Counted from the stretch's first letter, positions 38,072 through 49,190 are shown. The stretch is DNA of 64,000 bases from Acidobacteriota bacterium (GCA_965205505.1 CBDBHB010000009.1:2208001-2272000); one strand, 5' to 3'. Notes: generated from the sequence alone by a model not told the origin. Made by a program: numbers and translations.

Positions 38072-38884
38072 TTAGAACTTGAACGCCACACCCGCGGTGG
38101 CGTGCAAGCCGTTCAAATCGATCGGCGCGAAGCCGACGAAGCTGTCTTTGAGATCAGCACTCGCCCAGTGGTACCGAGCATCGATGACCAAACCGATGGA
38201 CGGCGTGAGCTTGATATCCACGCCGGCAAAGGCGTGGGCCGCCGCGGTAAAGCCGTCTGAGTTGAACGTATCTTCAAAGATAGCGAAGTCGCGAAAGTCG
38301 ATGAACTCACCCGCCTGTTCCAGCTCATACCAGGTAAAGCCACCGCCGGCCCCGATGTAGGGGACAACAGTGTTCGGTACCCAAGCGTACTGGCCAACCC
38401 GCTGCCCGCGCGACCCCAGGTACCATTTCAGGCTCAATGTAAGCGGTACCTGCGTAAGCGCGGTCTCTTGCACGATCGGAATATCGTCCTGGTCGACGAA
38501 ATCCCGATAATCGGAGATCTTGCTCTTGCGGCTGTACTCCACGCCGAATACCAGATCGACCTGATCCGACAGCCGCATGCCGAAGTCGAACGCGATGATC
38601 CCGGCGTCGAAGTCGGAAGGCTCGAGCGTCAGATCACCGGTCAGGAAGTCGAAGATCTCGCCCTCGGCGCGATTGAAGGCGTAACCGCCGCGAATCCCCA
38701 AGGTGCTGTTCGGAGAACTGAACCTGAAATCAGGCCCCTGCGTACGGCCGCTGGGCTCGTCGTCGGGAGTGGCCGACGCGATGGCCGGAACCAGCAGAAT
38801 GAGCGAACAGAGCGTCGCCGCCCGCCAGCTGGTGGCGAGATGTCGGCGACCCCGGTTGAGCCTTTCAAACCAATCGTTGCGCAT
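38072..38884 (-). CDS. Outer-membrane beta-barrel protein
   Basis: Signal peptide, VPYIGAGGG and C-terminal GVAFKF. Confidence 0.8.
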   Translation of the reverse strand: MRNDWFERLNRGRRHLATSWRAATLCSLILLVPAIASATPDDEPSGRTQGPDFRFSSPNSTLGIRGGYAFNRAEGEIFDFLTGDLTLEPSDFDAGIIAFDFGMRLSDQVDLVFGVEYSRKSKISDYRDFVDQDDIPIVQETALTQVPLTLSLKWYLGSRGQRVGQYAWVPNTVVPYIGAGGGFTWYELEQAGEFIDFRDFAIFEDTFNSDGFTAAAHAFAGVDIKLTPSIGLVIDARYHWASADLKDSFVGFAPIDLNGLHATAGVAFKF

Positions 38885-39198
38885 TGCCAACCTTCCTCCG
38901 ATCGGGGACACCTCTCGAGCCCTGGTGTTCGGCATCGAGTAATCCCATCAACCTCGATCCGATCGCTATGCTTTGCAAGCACCGTGCCGTCCGTGGGTTT
39001 CCCCCGCCGGTGCGTACGGGCCCCTGATGGCGGCGCGAGCGCGGCACCACCTGGCGCGCCTGTATCCGCGATGACCGCATATCGACGCCATTTTGGACAG
39101 TTGTCGTTATGTGAACGATTCTCAAGTCGCCCGCCGACCGCGGCCAGCTAAGGCCGCGCTGCTTTGAGTTTGGCGTTCCGTGACTCTAGTCTGCTCCG

Positions 39199-41427
39199 AT
39201 GTTGTCGACCGACCGACGTAAGTCCAACTCTAGTCTGCCACGCACGGCCTTCCGTGGTTGCCTGGCTGCGGCAATGCTGTTGTCGGCATTACCCGGACGA
39301 GGCGAGGTACCAGGGGCGAACGGCCCACGCGGTTTCCAGGCCCCATGGGGTGCCGCCATCGAGCGCGAGCTGCGCCTCGCGGCCATTCCCGACACCGACC
39401 GCTTGCGCACCATGGCGCATCGACTTGGCAGTGAGGCAAGGGTAGCGGGCACGCCAGCTGCAGCCCGCGCCGCCGGCGAGATCGCCGACCTCATGGCCGG
39501 CTGGGGCCTCGAGGTCTCGGTGCATGAGTACGACGTATTGTTGCCGCACGCGCTGTCGGCGCGAGTGGATCGCCTCTCGCCGCTGCCGCTGACGCTGGGG
39601 CTCGAGGAGGAACCGCTCCCCGAGGACACGGCCAGCGGTGTGAGCCAATATCCAGCAGTGGCGGCGTACTCGGCCGCTGGTGATGTCGAGGCAGGCGTGG
39701 TCTACGCCAACTATGGGAGAGAGGCTGACTTCGCCGCGCTGCGGGCGCTACGTGTCGACACTGTCGGCAAGATCATCGTGATGCGATACGGCCAGGTGTT
39801 TCGCGGCGCCAAGGTTCACAATGCCGAGGCGGCCGGCGCGGCAGCCGTATTGCTGTACTCAGATCCGTTGGACGACGGCTACTTCCGCGGCGACGTGTAT
39901 CCGATCGGTCCGTTCCGGCCGTGGACAGGTGTGCAGCGCGGCTCCGTGCGCACTGGACCACCGGGTGATCCGAACACGCCGGGCCGGCCCGCGACCGCTG
40001 GCGCCGCAGTAGCCGGCCAGCCGACACCTGCCACGCCCCTTACGTCGATCCCGGTCGTCGCTCTGGGCTACGGGTCGGCGGCGGAGCTGCTGCGACATCT
40101 GGTCGGCACCGAGGTCCCGGCGGGCTGGCAGGGGGCGCTGCCCTTCCGCTATCACGTCGGCGGCGCCGGTGTTCGGGCGCGCGTGCTCGTCGAGCTCGAT
40201 GAAACCTCGGTGCGGAGAATCCGCAACGTCGTGGGGACGCTTCGCGGACGCGAGCGGCCACAGGAGTGGGTAATCCTCGGCGCGCATTACGACTCCTGGA
40301 CGGTTGGCGCGGTGGACAATCTTTCGGGCACGGTGGCGATGCTGGAGGCTGCACGGGCGCTCGCAAAGCTGAGCGCCGCCGGCTGGCCGCCGCGTCGCAG
40401 CATCTTGTTCGCCGCGTGGGACGCCGAGGAGTGGGGCTTGATCGGTTCCACCGAATGGACCGAGGCGCATGCGGACCAGCTTCGCAGCTCCGCGGTCGCG
40501 TACATCAACCTCGACGGAGTCGTTGGTGGTCCCTACTTCTCCGCCACCGCATCGCCTTCTTTGCGCACGCTCATCCGCTCTGCGACGCGAGTAGTCGCGG
40601 ACCCGACGTTACCGACCACCAGCATCTACGACTCTTGGCGCCGGCGTGCGTCTATGTTGCCCAGCGGTGAGCCTCGGGTGCCACTACCGGCGGGTGGCTC
40701 CGACGACGCGACGTTCGCGGCTGTGCTCGGCGTGCCAACCGTCGGGATCGGATTCTCGGGAAGCTCGGGGATATACCACTCTGCCTACGACACTCACGCG
40801 TTCGTGGACCGATTCGGCGATCCTGGCTATCGTCAGCACCGCGCCGTAGCCGCCCTTGCCGCGGTCCTCTGTGGGCGGCTGGCCAGCGCAGACGTGCTGC
40901 CGTTCGACTACCGTGACCAGGCGGCAGAGCTGGCGACGGCGATGGGCAGCGTCGATGCTGCTATCGCCGGGCCCGGGGGAAATGCCCGTAGCGCCGGTAC
41001 CGAGCTCGTTTGGCGGGCTCTCGGCAGCTTGGCGGCGGCCGCCGGCGAGCTAGAGGCCAATACACGCCAGGTGCTGCAGCGAGCATCGGCCGGCGCGGGG
41101 CCGGTAGGATTGCAGCGGGTTAACGATCACTTGCTACGGGTCGAGAGGGCGTTTACCCGGCCTGGCGGACTCTCGGCACGCCCTTGGTTCAAAAACATAT
41201 TCTATGCTCCCTCTGGCGGCGATCTGTATGCTGCCGAGCTGTTACCTGGGGTTCAGCGCGCGCTCCGCCGTGACGATGATGGAGCGCTCGCCAGGGAGCT
41301 CGACGATTTGGCGTCATCGATTCGTGCCGCCGCAGTCGAGCTCGTGGCGTCGGCGGTGAGCCTGCGAGCTGCTGCTGATGCGCGCGTTGCCGCGAACTTG
41401 ATCCCCGGGCAGGCCTCCACTCAGTAG
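39199..41427 (+). CDS. M28 peptidase, glutamate carboxypeptidase II-like
   Basis: YANYG PA domain, GAHYDSW, GAVDN, WDAEEWG, YHSAYD and a TfR-dimer-like tail. Confidence 0.9.
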   Translation: MLSTDRRKSNSSLPRTAFRGCLAAAMLLSALPGRGEVPGANGPRGFQAPWGAAIERELRLAAIPDTDRLRTMAHRLGSEARVAGTPAAARAAGEIADLMAGWGLEVSVHEYDVLLPHALSARVDRLSPLPLTLGLEEEPLPEDTASGVSQYPAVAAYSAAGDVEAGVVYANYGREADFAALRALRVDTVGKIIVMRYGQVFRGAKVHNAEAAGAAAVLLYSDPLDDGYFRGDVYPIGPFRPWTGVQRGSVRTGPPGDPNTPGRPATAGAAVAGQPTPATPLTSIPVVALGYGSAAELLRHLVGTEVPAGWQGALPFRYHVGGAGVRARVLVELDETSVRRIRNVVGTLRGRERPQEWVILGAHYDSWTVGAVDNLSGTVAMLEAARALAKLSAAGWPPRRSILFAAWDAEEWGLIGSTEWTEAHADQLRSSAVAYINLDGVVGGPYFSATASPSLRTLIRSATRVVADPTLPTTSIYDSWRRRASMLPSGEPRVPLPAGGSDDATFAAVLGVPTVGIGFSGSSGIYHSAYDTHAFVDRFGDPGYRQHRAVAALAAVLCGRLASADVLPFDYRDQAAELATAMGSVDAAIAGPGGNARSAGTELVWRALGSLAAAAGELEANTRQVLQRASAGAGPVGLQRVNDHLLRVERAFTRPGGLSARPWFKNIFYAPSGGDLYAAELLPGVQRALRRDDDGALARELDDLASSIRAAAVELVASAVSLRAAADARVAANLIPGQASTQ

Positions 41428-41435
41428 TGGTCAAC

Positions 41436-41729
41436 GAAAGACGGAACGGGCGATCCCCACGAACAGCCTCCACGCAGTACGGCCGTTGGCACCGGCCAAT
41501 CGGGCTCGGAACGAGGTCTGCCCCTTTCGCCAAGTTCACACCGGCCCGCGCGTGGCTTCGGAAACCCGACCAGTAAGCCTCCCGTCCGATGTGCAGTCGG
41601 GGCTGCGCCGCACATCGGTGTTACCGGCGCCCTGACGGACGAGCCATGTTGCGAAGCGGTATCGCCTGATTGTCGTAGCCGGACACCGCAGGCGCGCGCC
41701 GCGCGGCCATGAGGATCGCCCGAACCGCC
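41436..41729 (-). ncRNA. Candidate ~290-nt structured non-coding RNA of unrecognised family
   Basis: Own promoter, a long 5'/3' closing stem and at least four internal helices. No credible ORF. Confidence 0.65.
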
Positions 41730-41733
41730 CCTG

Positions 41734-41761
41734 ATTATGGCCGCGTGGCCGCGCTTGTCAA
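41734..41761 (-). promoter_or_regulatory. sigma70 promoter for the candidate ncRNA
   Basis: TTGACA(41761-41756)-16 bp-CATAAT(41739-41734). Confidence 0.7.
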
Positions 41762-41842
41762 CCGGATGCTGCGCGGCGTTGTTCCGGGCCGCCGGATCCC
41801 GAAAGCGCCTTTGGTAAGGGGCTCTGTGGGCCGGTCGCCGCC

Positions 41843-41871
41843 TTGAGCTTTGCCTCATTTCCGGATATGAT
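41843..41871 (+). promoter_or_regulatory. Probable carD promoter
   Basis: TTGAGC-17 bp-TATGAT. Confidence 0.45.
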
Positions 41872-41924
41872 GTCAACTGCCGCCCAGTCCGCAGCAACCT
41901 ACCTAACAACACCGGGAGAGCCCT

Positions 41925-42458
41925 TTGCGCTTTGAAGTCGGCGACCATGTCGTCTATCCGAACCATGGCGTGGGGATTATCGAGGACGTCAAGCGGACCC
42001 AAATCGCGGGGCTCGATCAAGACTTCTACCATCTCCGGCTCTTCGCCAACGAAACCACGGTGATGGTGCCGGTTGGCAACTCCAAGGCGGTCGGGCTACG
42101 AAAGATCTTCGGTAAGACGCAGATCAGAAGGCTATTCAAGCATCTGCGCGACCCCGACTTCGAGACACATAGCAACTGGAAGGGCCGGTACAAGGAGAAC
42201 GCCGAGAAAATGCGCTCGGGTCATCTCTTTGAGATGGCGGACGTTCTCAAGAACCTACAGCACCTGACGCAGCGCAAGGCGCTCTCCTATCGCGAGAAGC
42301 GCATGTACGATCAGGCCAAGCATCTGATCATCTCCGAGATCGCCATGGTGCAGGGGCGTTCAGAGGAGATCGTGCAACCGGACGTCGAGGCGGCCCTCGA
42401 TGATTGTATCGAGGCGCGCAAGCAGTCCGGCGACCACGATCGCGCCAAGGCTTCCTGA
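41925..42458 (+). CDS. carD: CarD family transcriptional regulator
   Basis: FEVGDHVVYPNHGVG, VGLR and NWKGRYKEN. Confidence 0.92.
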   Translation: MRFEVGDHVVYPNHGVGIIEDVKRTQIAGLDQDFYHLRLFANETTVMVPVGNSKAVGLRKIFGKTQIRRLFKHLRDPDFETHSNWKGRYKENAEKMRSGHLFEMADVLKNLQHLTQRKALSYREKRMYDQAKHLIISEIAMVQGRSEEIVQPDVEAALDDCIEARKQSGDHDRAKAS

Positions 42459-42482
42459 GTCAGGCTGGCACGCGCACGTCTC

Positions 42483-42518
42483 GCTCCGGGCGACCGCCGG
42501 TCTCCCGGAGCTTTTTTT
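42483..42518 (+). terminator. Rho-independent terminator
   Basis: GCTCCGGG...CCCGGAGC stem followed by T7. Confidence 0.85.
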
Positions 42519-42583
42519 GTGCCGACAAGCAGCATCTCGTTACCTGCTAGGCTTGCGCACCCATTGACGCACCGGACAGGCAA

Positions 42584-43860
42584 ATGAGACGGCTCTCGCT
42601 GCCTACACAGATCGCTATCGGCATTCTCGTCGGCATTCTCGTCGGCGCGTTGTTCGCCGAGGCCGCCACGATGCTCAGGCCGATCGGCGATCTTTTCCTG
42701 CGCTTGATACGGCTAGTCGTCGTGCCGTTGGTGTTTTCCTCGCTGCTGGTTGGTACCGCTACCGTCGGTGATCCGAAGAAGCTCGGACGAATCGGCGGCA
42801 AGACCATGGCGTACTACCTGGCCACGACGGCCATCGCGATCACTATCGGGCTCCTGATTGCCAACATCGTTCAGCCAGGAGCTGGGATCGACGTCCAGGC
42901 CCAGGAGGAGCTGCTAGCCAACTTCGCGAGCCAGGCGGAGGGCTCGGCGGAGAATCTGCGGCAGCGCCCGAGTGTGATCGACACGTTGCTCCGGATCGTG
43001 CCGACCAACCGATCGAGTCGCTCGCCGCCGGCAACATGCTGCAGATCATCTTCTTCGCCATTCTCTTCGGCGTGGCCCTGACGCTCGTTCCCAAGAGGTC
43101 GCACCGGGAGTCGGTGCTCGTGTTCTTCGACGGTATCAGCGAGGCGATGATCCAGATCGTGCACATCATCATGCGCCTGGCGCCCATCGGGGTTCTGGCG
43201 TTGATCGCCGCAGCGGTGGGGCAGTTCGGGCTCGATATCCTGCGCATTCTGGCGCTGTACACACTCTGTGTCGTGGTCGGGCTGGGGCTGCACGTGGGGC
43301 TGATCTACTGCAGCGCCGTCAAATGGCTCGGCAAGATTCCGATCAAGCGCTTCTTCGCCGGCATCCGGCCGGCGCAGCTGGTGGCGTTCTCAACGTCGTC
43401 CAGCAGCGCCGCGCTGCCGGTGACGATGGACTGCACGGTTACCAAGTTGGGGGTGTCGGAGCAGGTCGCCGCCTTCGTGCTGCCCCTCGGTGCCACGGTC
43501 AACATGGACGGCACGGCACTCTATCAGGGGGTGGCGACGGTGTTCATCGCCCAGGTCTACGGCATTGAGCTCAGCATCGGAGGGCAGCTGACCATCGTGC
43601 TGATGGCCACGATCGCCTCCATCGGCGCTGCCGGCGTGCCGGGCGTGGGCATGATCACCCTGGCGATGGTGCTGGAGCAGCTCGGGCTGCCGCTCGAGGG
43701 CATCGCGCTGATTCTCGGCGTGGACCGCATCGTCGACATGCTGCGGACCGCGACCAACGTCACTGGCGACGCGTCAGCCGCAGTCGTGGTGGCTGCCTCC
43801 GAGGGGCAGATCTGGTACGACGAGGAGAACGACGAAGCGGCGGGCGCTGGCTTCGATTAG
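42584..43860 (+). pseudogene. Dicarboxylate/amino acid:cation symporter (GltP-like) with a 1-nt frameshift near 43010
   Basis: IVPTN|xIESLAAGNMLQIIFF junction, with AFSTSSSSAALP and GATVNMDG motifs. Could be a sequencing error. Confidence 0.85.
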
Positions 43861-43919
43861 GCCGGTGCCGACGGGCAACCCGGGCGCTCGGCACCCATGC
43901 TGCGCCCTGCCGCAGGCTA

Positions 43920-44444
43920 CTAGTCGATCGCCGGACGCAACACGGGCCGCAGCATCCACGTGCCGTTGGCCGTTCGCGACAGGCTCTGACCTACGTCCAT
44001 TGCGATAGTTACGTGGGTGGAGCCGTCGGTCTGCACGTTGAACGGGATCGCTACGGTGACCGACTCAGGATCGATCTTCAGCTTCTGACTCCGACCACCG
44101 GCGTTGATGACCGTGCTGTTGGCCTCGGAGAAACGCACGCGGATCTGTTGGTAGGTGCCCTTGTCGAGCCGGTTGGCTAGCGCCAGGAGCTGCTCGTTTC
44201 CGTCGAGGCCGAGAATCTCGTAGAGCTGGCTCCCGGCTGACAGCGTGATGAAGTTGCCCGAGTCGCTGTCGAGCACGTCAACGCCAATAATCTCCACTGT
44301 TACCTGTTGCGCGGTGGTCGTGAAGGTGGTTCCGGTGGTTGAGCCCGTCAGGAACACACCAAGCTGTCCTTGGTGTTCGACGCACCCAAGCCCGGAAAGG
44401 GCGAGCAGGCCGATCATGCAGATCGTCGGCGCATTCTTGCGCAT
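43920..44444 (-). CDS. Lipoprotein, DUF4382-like
   Basis: Lipobox-like SGLGC, GTYQQIRV and C-terminal LRPVLR. Confidence 0.65.
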   Translation of the reverse strand: MRKNAPTICMIGLLALSGLGCVEHQGQLGVFLTGSTTGTTFTTTAQQVTVEIIGVDVLDSDSGNFITLSAGSQLYEILGLDGNEQLLALANRLDKGTYQQIRVRFSEANSTVINAGGRSQKLKIDPESVTVAIPFNVQTDGSTHVTIAMDVGQSLSRTANGTWMLRPVLRPAID

Positions 44445-44667
44445 CTCGGAACTCCCAGGTTGTCGAGCCAAGTACCCTTGCTGCGACTCGAAGTGCTGCG
44501 GCGGGGTGCAGCTTTGGCCGGTATCGGAGTGTGACTTCGGTGAGTTTGGCAGGCGGGCGAAAGCGTGAGCAAACCCAAAAAGCGGCCCGCTGGACAGGCC
44601 CGGCCGGAGCCCCTCAGCCGCGGTCCGTGCGTGCGCCGCTGCTGCGCTCGTCTGTCCCGAATGCGCT

Positions 44668-44696
44668 TTGACATGGCGCAGTACGGGACCTACCAT
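44668..44696 (+). promoter_or_regulatory. sigma70 promoter upstream of tRNA-Met/tilS
   Basis: TTGACA-17 bp-TACCAT. Confidence 0.65.
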
Positions 44697-44774
44697 CCAA
44701 CGCCGGAAGGGCCCGCCGCGGCAGGTCCCTGGCGGCCGGCGTCCGGTCAGTCCCGCACACTGCGCGCCAAGCCT

Positions 44775-44847
44775 GGCGGTGTAGCTCAGTCGGCAGAGCA
44801 GGCGGCTCATATCCGCCGAGTCGGGGGTTCAAGTCCCTCCACCGCCA
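44775..44847 (+). tRNA. tRNA-Met(CAT), elongator type; CCA not encoded
   Basis: Full cloverleaf with GGCGGTG/CACCGCC acceptor stem, CAT anticodon and GGTTCAAGTCC T arm. Confidence 0.92.
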
Positions 44848-44941
44848 CTTTTTAGAGTGCCCAGCGCCTGCGGCTGGCGCTCTCTGAACGTTGCGGCACG
44901 AGTCGCCAGGCGTCTCGCCGAGGCCCGGAACGAGTCGAATC

Positions 44942-45973
44942 ATGTCGGAGCCTGAGACAGCCGTGCTCGATGCGGTCACCGATGCGCTCGAGCGCCGTGG
45001 TCTGCTTCGGGGAATTCGCCACCTGGTGGTGGCGTGTAGTGGTGGTGGCGACTCCGTGGCGCTCGCCGACCTGATGGTCGAGCTGGCGCCTCGATTCGAC
45101 CTCACGGTTGCCCTGGCTCACCTGAACCACGGCTTGCGAGGCGCCGCCTCCGAGGCGGACGAACTCCACGTACGGGACCTCGCCCAGCGCTACGACGTGG
45201 CCTTCGAGACGGGTCGTCTCGATGAACCGGATGCCGCTGGCGGCGGACTAGAGGAACGGCTGCGTGATGCTCGGCATCGCTTTCTGACCGAGGTAGTCGG
45301 GCGAATCGGCGCCGATGCTGTGGCCTTGGGCCACACGCTCGATGATCGCGTCGAGACAGTCCTCATGAATCTGGCGCGCGGGTCCGGACGCCGCGGGTTG
45401 GCGGGTATGCGTTGGCGCAACAGCGTCGGCCGGCTGTTGCTTCTCAGGCCTATGCTCGGGGTGCGCCGAGAGGCGCTGCGCCGGTATGTACAGGGGCGCA
45501 GGGTGACCTGGCGCGAGGACCCGTCGAACAGCGACAGTCGCTTCACCCGGAACCGCGTCCGCGGCCTCGTGCTACCGGCGTTCGAGCAGGCCTTGCCCGG
45601 CGCCGTGGAGCGCATCGCACGAGCGGCAGAGCTACTCGATCAGGACAACGAGTGGCTCGAGGGCCTGGTGGATGACGCGCTGTCTCGAGCCCGCCGTAAC
45701 GACGCCTACCCTGGAGCCACGGCGCTCGATGTGGAAGTTCTGCGTAGCCTGCCGCCTGCGTTGGCCACGCGGGTTTTGCGGCGCGCGCTTTCGGAAGTGC
45801 GGGGAGGGCTGCGCGACCTGCATCGGGCGCATGTGGAGGCAATCGTCGAACGGCTGCTCACCGGCGTCGAATCGGCCCGTGATCTGCCCGGTGTGCGGGC
45901 CCGCGTCGAAGCAGGGCGACTACGTCTGATGCCGCTGCAGAACCGCCGTTTGGCCGCCCCGAACGGGTCCTGA
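44942..45973 (+). CDS. tilS: tRNA(Ile)-lysidine synthetase
   Basis: SGGGDS, HLNHGLRG, GHTLDDRVET, EDPSN and RNRVR. Confidence 0.92.
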   Translation: MSEPETAVLDAVTDALERRGLLRGIRHLVVACSGGGDSVALADLMVELAPRFDLTVALAHLNHGLRGAASEADELHVRDLAQRYDVAFETGRLDEPDAAGGGLEERLRDARHRFLTEVVGRIGADAVALGHTLDDRVETVLMNLARGSGRRGLAGMRWRNSVGRLLLLRPMLGVRREALRRYVQGRRVTWREDPSNSDSRFTRNRVRGLVLPAFEQALPGAVERIARAAELLDQDNEWLEGLVDDALSRARRNDAYPGATALDVEVLRSLPPALATRVLRRALSEVRGGLRDLHRAHVEAIVERLLTGVESARDLPGVRARVEAGRLRLMPLQNRRLAAPNGS

Positions 45974-46029
45974 GAGGTATGCAAACTAGCTAGCTCGGCC
46001 CGTTCGTGGTAGTGTACTCTGAAGGTATC

Positions 46030-47955
46030 ATGAACGCCGGAGCCGGTATTAAGCAGGTAGCGCTGTGGCTGGTGGTAATCGCCATCGCCATCGTGGTCTA
46101 CAACGTATTCAACGAGTCGGCCCTGCCCGACACCGAGATTCCGTTCTCGGACTTCCTCGACCGCGTCGAGGGCGGCGAGGTGGCGCGGGTGACGATCACC
46201 GGCGCGACGATCGACGGTGAGTTCGCGGAGAGCGGGCGCCCGTTCACCAGCGTGAGGCCGGAAGGCTGGGACGGTCTGGTCGACCTGCTTCGCGAGCACG
46301 GCGTCGGCATGGACGTGGAGGCTTCCGGCCAGAGCCCCTACATTGCCGCGCTGATCTCGTGGGCTCCGATGCTCATTCTCATCGGCGTCTGGATCTTCTT
46401 CATGCGGCAGATGCAGAGCGGCGGCAATCGCGCACTGGCCTTCGGCAAGAGCCGCGCGCGCTTGTCATCGAACCAACAGAAGAAGGTCACGTTCAAAGAC
46501 GTCGCCGGGGCCGACGAGGCCAAGGATGAACTGTCAGAGATTATCGATTTCCTGCGTGAGCCGCAGAAGTTCCAGCGCCTCGGCGGACGCATTCCGAAGG
46601 GTGTGCTGCTGATCGGTGCGCCGGGCACCGGCAAGACGCTGCTAGGCCGTGCCGTAGCCGGCGAGGCGAGCGTTCCGTTCTTTTCCATCTCCGGGTCCGA
46701 CTTCGTCGAGATGTTCGTTGGCGTCGGCGCCTCGCGGGTGCGTGACCTGTTCGAGCAGGGGAAGAAGAACGCGCCCTGCATTATCTTCATCGACGAGATC
46801 GATGCCGTTGGCCGTCACCGCGGCGCGGGTCTGGGCGGTGGTCACGACGAGCGCGAGCAGACGTTGAACCAGCTGCTGGTGGAGATGGACGGCTTTGTCA
46901 GCAATGAGGGCGTCATTCTGATGGCGGCGACCAATCGGCCCGATGTGCTCGATCCGGCGCTGCTGCGTCCCGGACGCTTCGATCGACGCGTCATGATCGA
47001 TCGACCTGATATTCGCGGGCGCGAGGGAATCCTCAAGATCCACAGCCGGCACGTGCCGCTACATGCCGATGTCGACCTGTCGGTGGTAGCGCGCAGCACG
47101 CCGGGATTCAGCGGCGCCGACCTGGAGAACCTCGTGAATGAGGCGGCGCTGGTGGCGGCTCGTTACGACCGCGACAAGGTCATGATGGAAGATTTCGAGT
47201 ACGCCAAGGACAAAGTGCTCATGGGAGCCGAGCGCCGCAGCATGATCATTTCCGACAGAGAAAAACGCATCACCGCCTACCACGAAGCTGGCCACGCGCT
47301 GGCAGCGCTGTTGCAGCCGAACGCCGACCCGTTGCACAAGGTGACGATCATCCCGCGCGGGCAGGCGCTCGGCGTCACCCAGCAAGTGCCCTTGGATGAC
47401 CGCCACAACTACAGCCTCAGCTACCTTGAGACACAGGTGAACGTGCTGCTCGGTGGACGCATCGCCGAAGAGATCGTCCTCAAGGAGAAGACCACCGGAG
47501 CGGGCAACGATCTCGACCGAGTGACCGATCTGGCCCGCCGCATGGTCACCGAGTGGGGCATGAGCGAACGTGTTGGCCTTCTGACGTTCCGCAGCGGTAC
47601 CGGCGAGGTGTTTCTCGGTCGGGACTTCGCGCAGCAGAACGAGCACTCGGAGGACACGGCGCGCGTCATCGATGAGGAGATCAAACGCATCATCGACGAA
47701 GGCTACGCTGCGACCACCAAGATGCTCACCGACAACCTGGAGCATCTGCATTCCATCGCCAAGGCATTGCTGGTTCGCGAGGTGCTGGATGCCGACGACA
47801 TCACGGCGCTCATCGAAGGCCGGCCGCTTCCGGATCTCGATTCCGACGATGGCCCGAAGGTACCGGTACGCACCGAGCCCGAGTCGGACAACGCGACCGA
47901 CGAGGATGCGACGATTGGAATCCCCGCGCAGCCGGCAGAAGGGCTCACCGGGTGA
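46030..47955 (+). CDS. ftsH: ATP-dependent zinc metalloprotease FtsH
   Basis: Two TM helices, [21 protein letters not shown] and HEAGH. Confidence 0.97.
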   Translation: MNAGAGIKQVALWLVVIAIAIVVYNVFNESALPDTEIPFSDFLDRVEGGEVARVTITGATIDGEFAESGRPFTSVRPEGWDGLVDLLREHGVGMDVEASGQSPYIAALISWAPMLILIGVWIFFMRQMQSGGNRALAFGKSRARLSSNQQKKVTFKDVAGADEAKDELSEIIDFLREPQKFQRLGGRIPKGVLLIGAPGTGKTLLGRAVAGEASVPFFSISGSDFVEMFVGVGASRVRDLFEQGKKNAPCIIFIDEIDAVGRHRGAGLGGGHDEREQTLNQLLVEMDGFVSNEGVILMAATNRPDVLDPALLRPGRFDRRVMIDRPDIRGREGILKIHSRHVPLHADVDLSVVARSTPGFSGADLENLVNEAALVAARYDRDKVMMEDFEYAKDKVLMGAERRSMIISDREKRITAYHEAGHALAALLQPNADPLHKVTIIPRGQALGVTQQVPLDDRHNYSLSYLETQVNVLLGGRIAEEIVLKEKTTGAGNDLDRVTDLARRMVTEWGMSERVGLLTFRSGTGEVFLGRDFAQQNEHSEDTARVIDEEIKRIIDEGYAATTKMLTDNLEHLHSIAKALLVREVLDADDITALIEGRPLPDLDSDDGPKVPVRTEPESDNATDEDATIGIPAQPAEGLTG

Positions 47956-49190
47956 TCCCCTCGGCCGGGGCGGCATCTGCCCGGCCGCCGCGCGCTGGCA
48001 GCCAGTCGTCGCCACACAACGCCGTCGTACTGAAAGGCTTTGACCCGTTTCCCGAGCTGCCGGCCGGCAGCCCGGAGTCCGACCGGCTCGGCCTGGAGTT
48101 GGGCAGCTACATCATCCGGCTCGAAGGTGTAGAAGACGCGCTGTTCGAGTCGTTTCAACGCGCCGTGGGTCTGGTCGGCGGACGCTGCCAGCCAGCAGAT
48201 CGCGCCCCGGGCGTCGTCCACATTGCCCTAGGGATGCAACAGGTCGAGGCGCTCCGTAGTCAGCTGCTCGCGGCCCCGTCGGCCTTGCTGCGCGTCGCCG
48301 AGGAGATCGCCGGGGTGCTGCGCGCCTATCACCGCTGCGAGTTCACTCTGCGTTGCGGAGCCCGGAAGCTCCAGTGTGGTCCGAAGCCGCTCCTGATGGG
48401 GATCGTCAACTGCACCCCGGACTCATTTTTCGCGGGCAGCCGGCGACAGGGGGCGAGCGCCGTCGACCAGGGGATGCATATGGTTGACGAGGGCGCCGAC
48501 GTCATCGACGTGGGCGGTGAATCGACACGCCCCGGAAGCGAGCCGGTCGACGCCACCGAAGAGATCGAGCGCGTCGTGCCCGTGGTCGAGGCACTGGCTC
48601 GCAAGGTGGAGGTTCCGATCTCGGTCGACACTCGCCGTGGCGTGGTGGCTCGCGCTGCGCTGCAGGCCGGCGCGAGCCTGGTGAACGATGTCAGCGGTCT
48701 GTCTCACGACCCGGAGCTCGGCGCCGTAGTCGCGGAGGCTGATGTACCTGTGGTGCTCATGCACACGCGCGGCGAGCCGGGCAACATGGTTGAGCATGCC
48801 GACTATCAGGACGTGGTCGCGGAGGTGGCGCGCGAGTTGCGCGAGGCGCTGGCGCGCGCTCACAGCGCCGGAGTATCGGATGACGCGATCGTCCTGGATC
48901 CGGGCATCGGGTTCGCCAAGCGTGCCGCGCATAGCCTGACGATTCTGCGCCACACAGCCGCTCTGCGCTCCCTTGGGCGCCCGTTGCTGGTTGGCCCGTC
49001 GCGAAAATCCTTCGTAGGCGCCGTGTTAGATTTGCCTACGGAAGAGCGTCTGGAAGGCACCGCTGCGGCGGTAGCGGCGGCTGTGCTTTACGGAGCCCAC
49101 ATCCTCAGAGTTCACGACGTCGGCGCGATGCGTCGAGTCGTCGCAGTCGCAGCGGCTATCCGGTCCGAGGGCGCGGGATGGATTTCCTGA
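47952..49190 (+). CDS. folP: Dihydropteroate synthase with N-terminal extension
   Basis: [30 protein letters not shown] and RVHDV. Confidence 0.93.
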   Translation: MIPSAGAASARPPRAGSQSSPHNAVVLKGFDPFPELPAGSPESDRLGLELGSYIIRLEGVEDALFESFQRAVGLVGGRCQPADRAPGVVHIALGMQQVEALRSQLLAAPSALLRVAEEIAGVLRAYHRCEFTLRCGARKLQCGPKPLLMGIVNCTPDSFFAGSRRQGASAVDQGMHMVDEGADVIDVGGESTRPGSEPVDATEEIERVVPVVEALARKVEVPISVDTRRGVVARAALQAGASLVNDVSGLSHDPELGAVVAEADVPVVLMHTRGEPGNMVEHADYQDVVAEVARELREALARAHSAGVSDDAIVLDPGIGFAKRAAHSLTILRHTAALRSLGRPLLVGPSRKSFVGAVLDLPTEERLEGTAAAVAAAVLYGAHILRVHDVGAMRRVVAVAAAIRSEGAGWIS

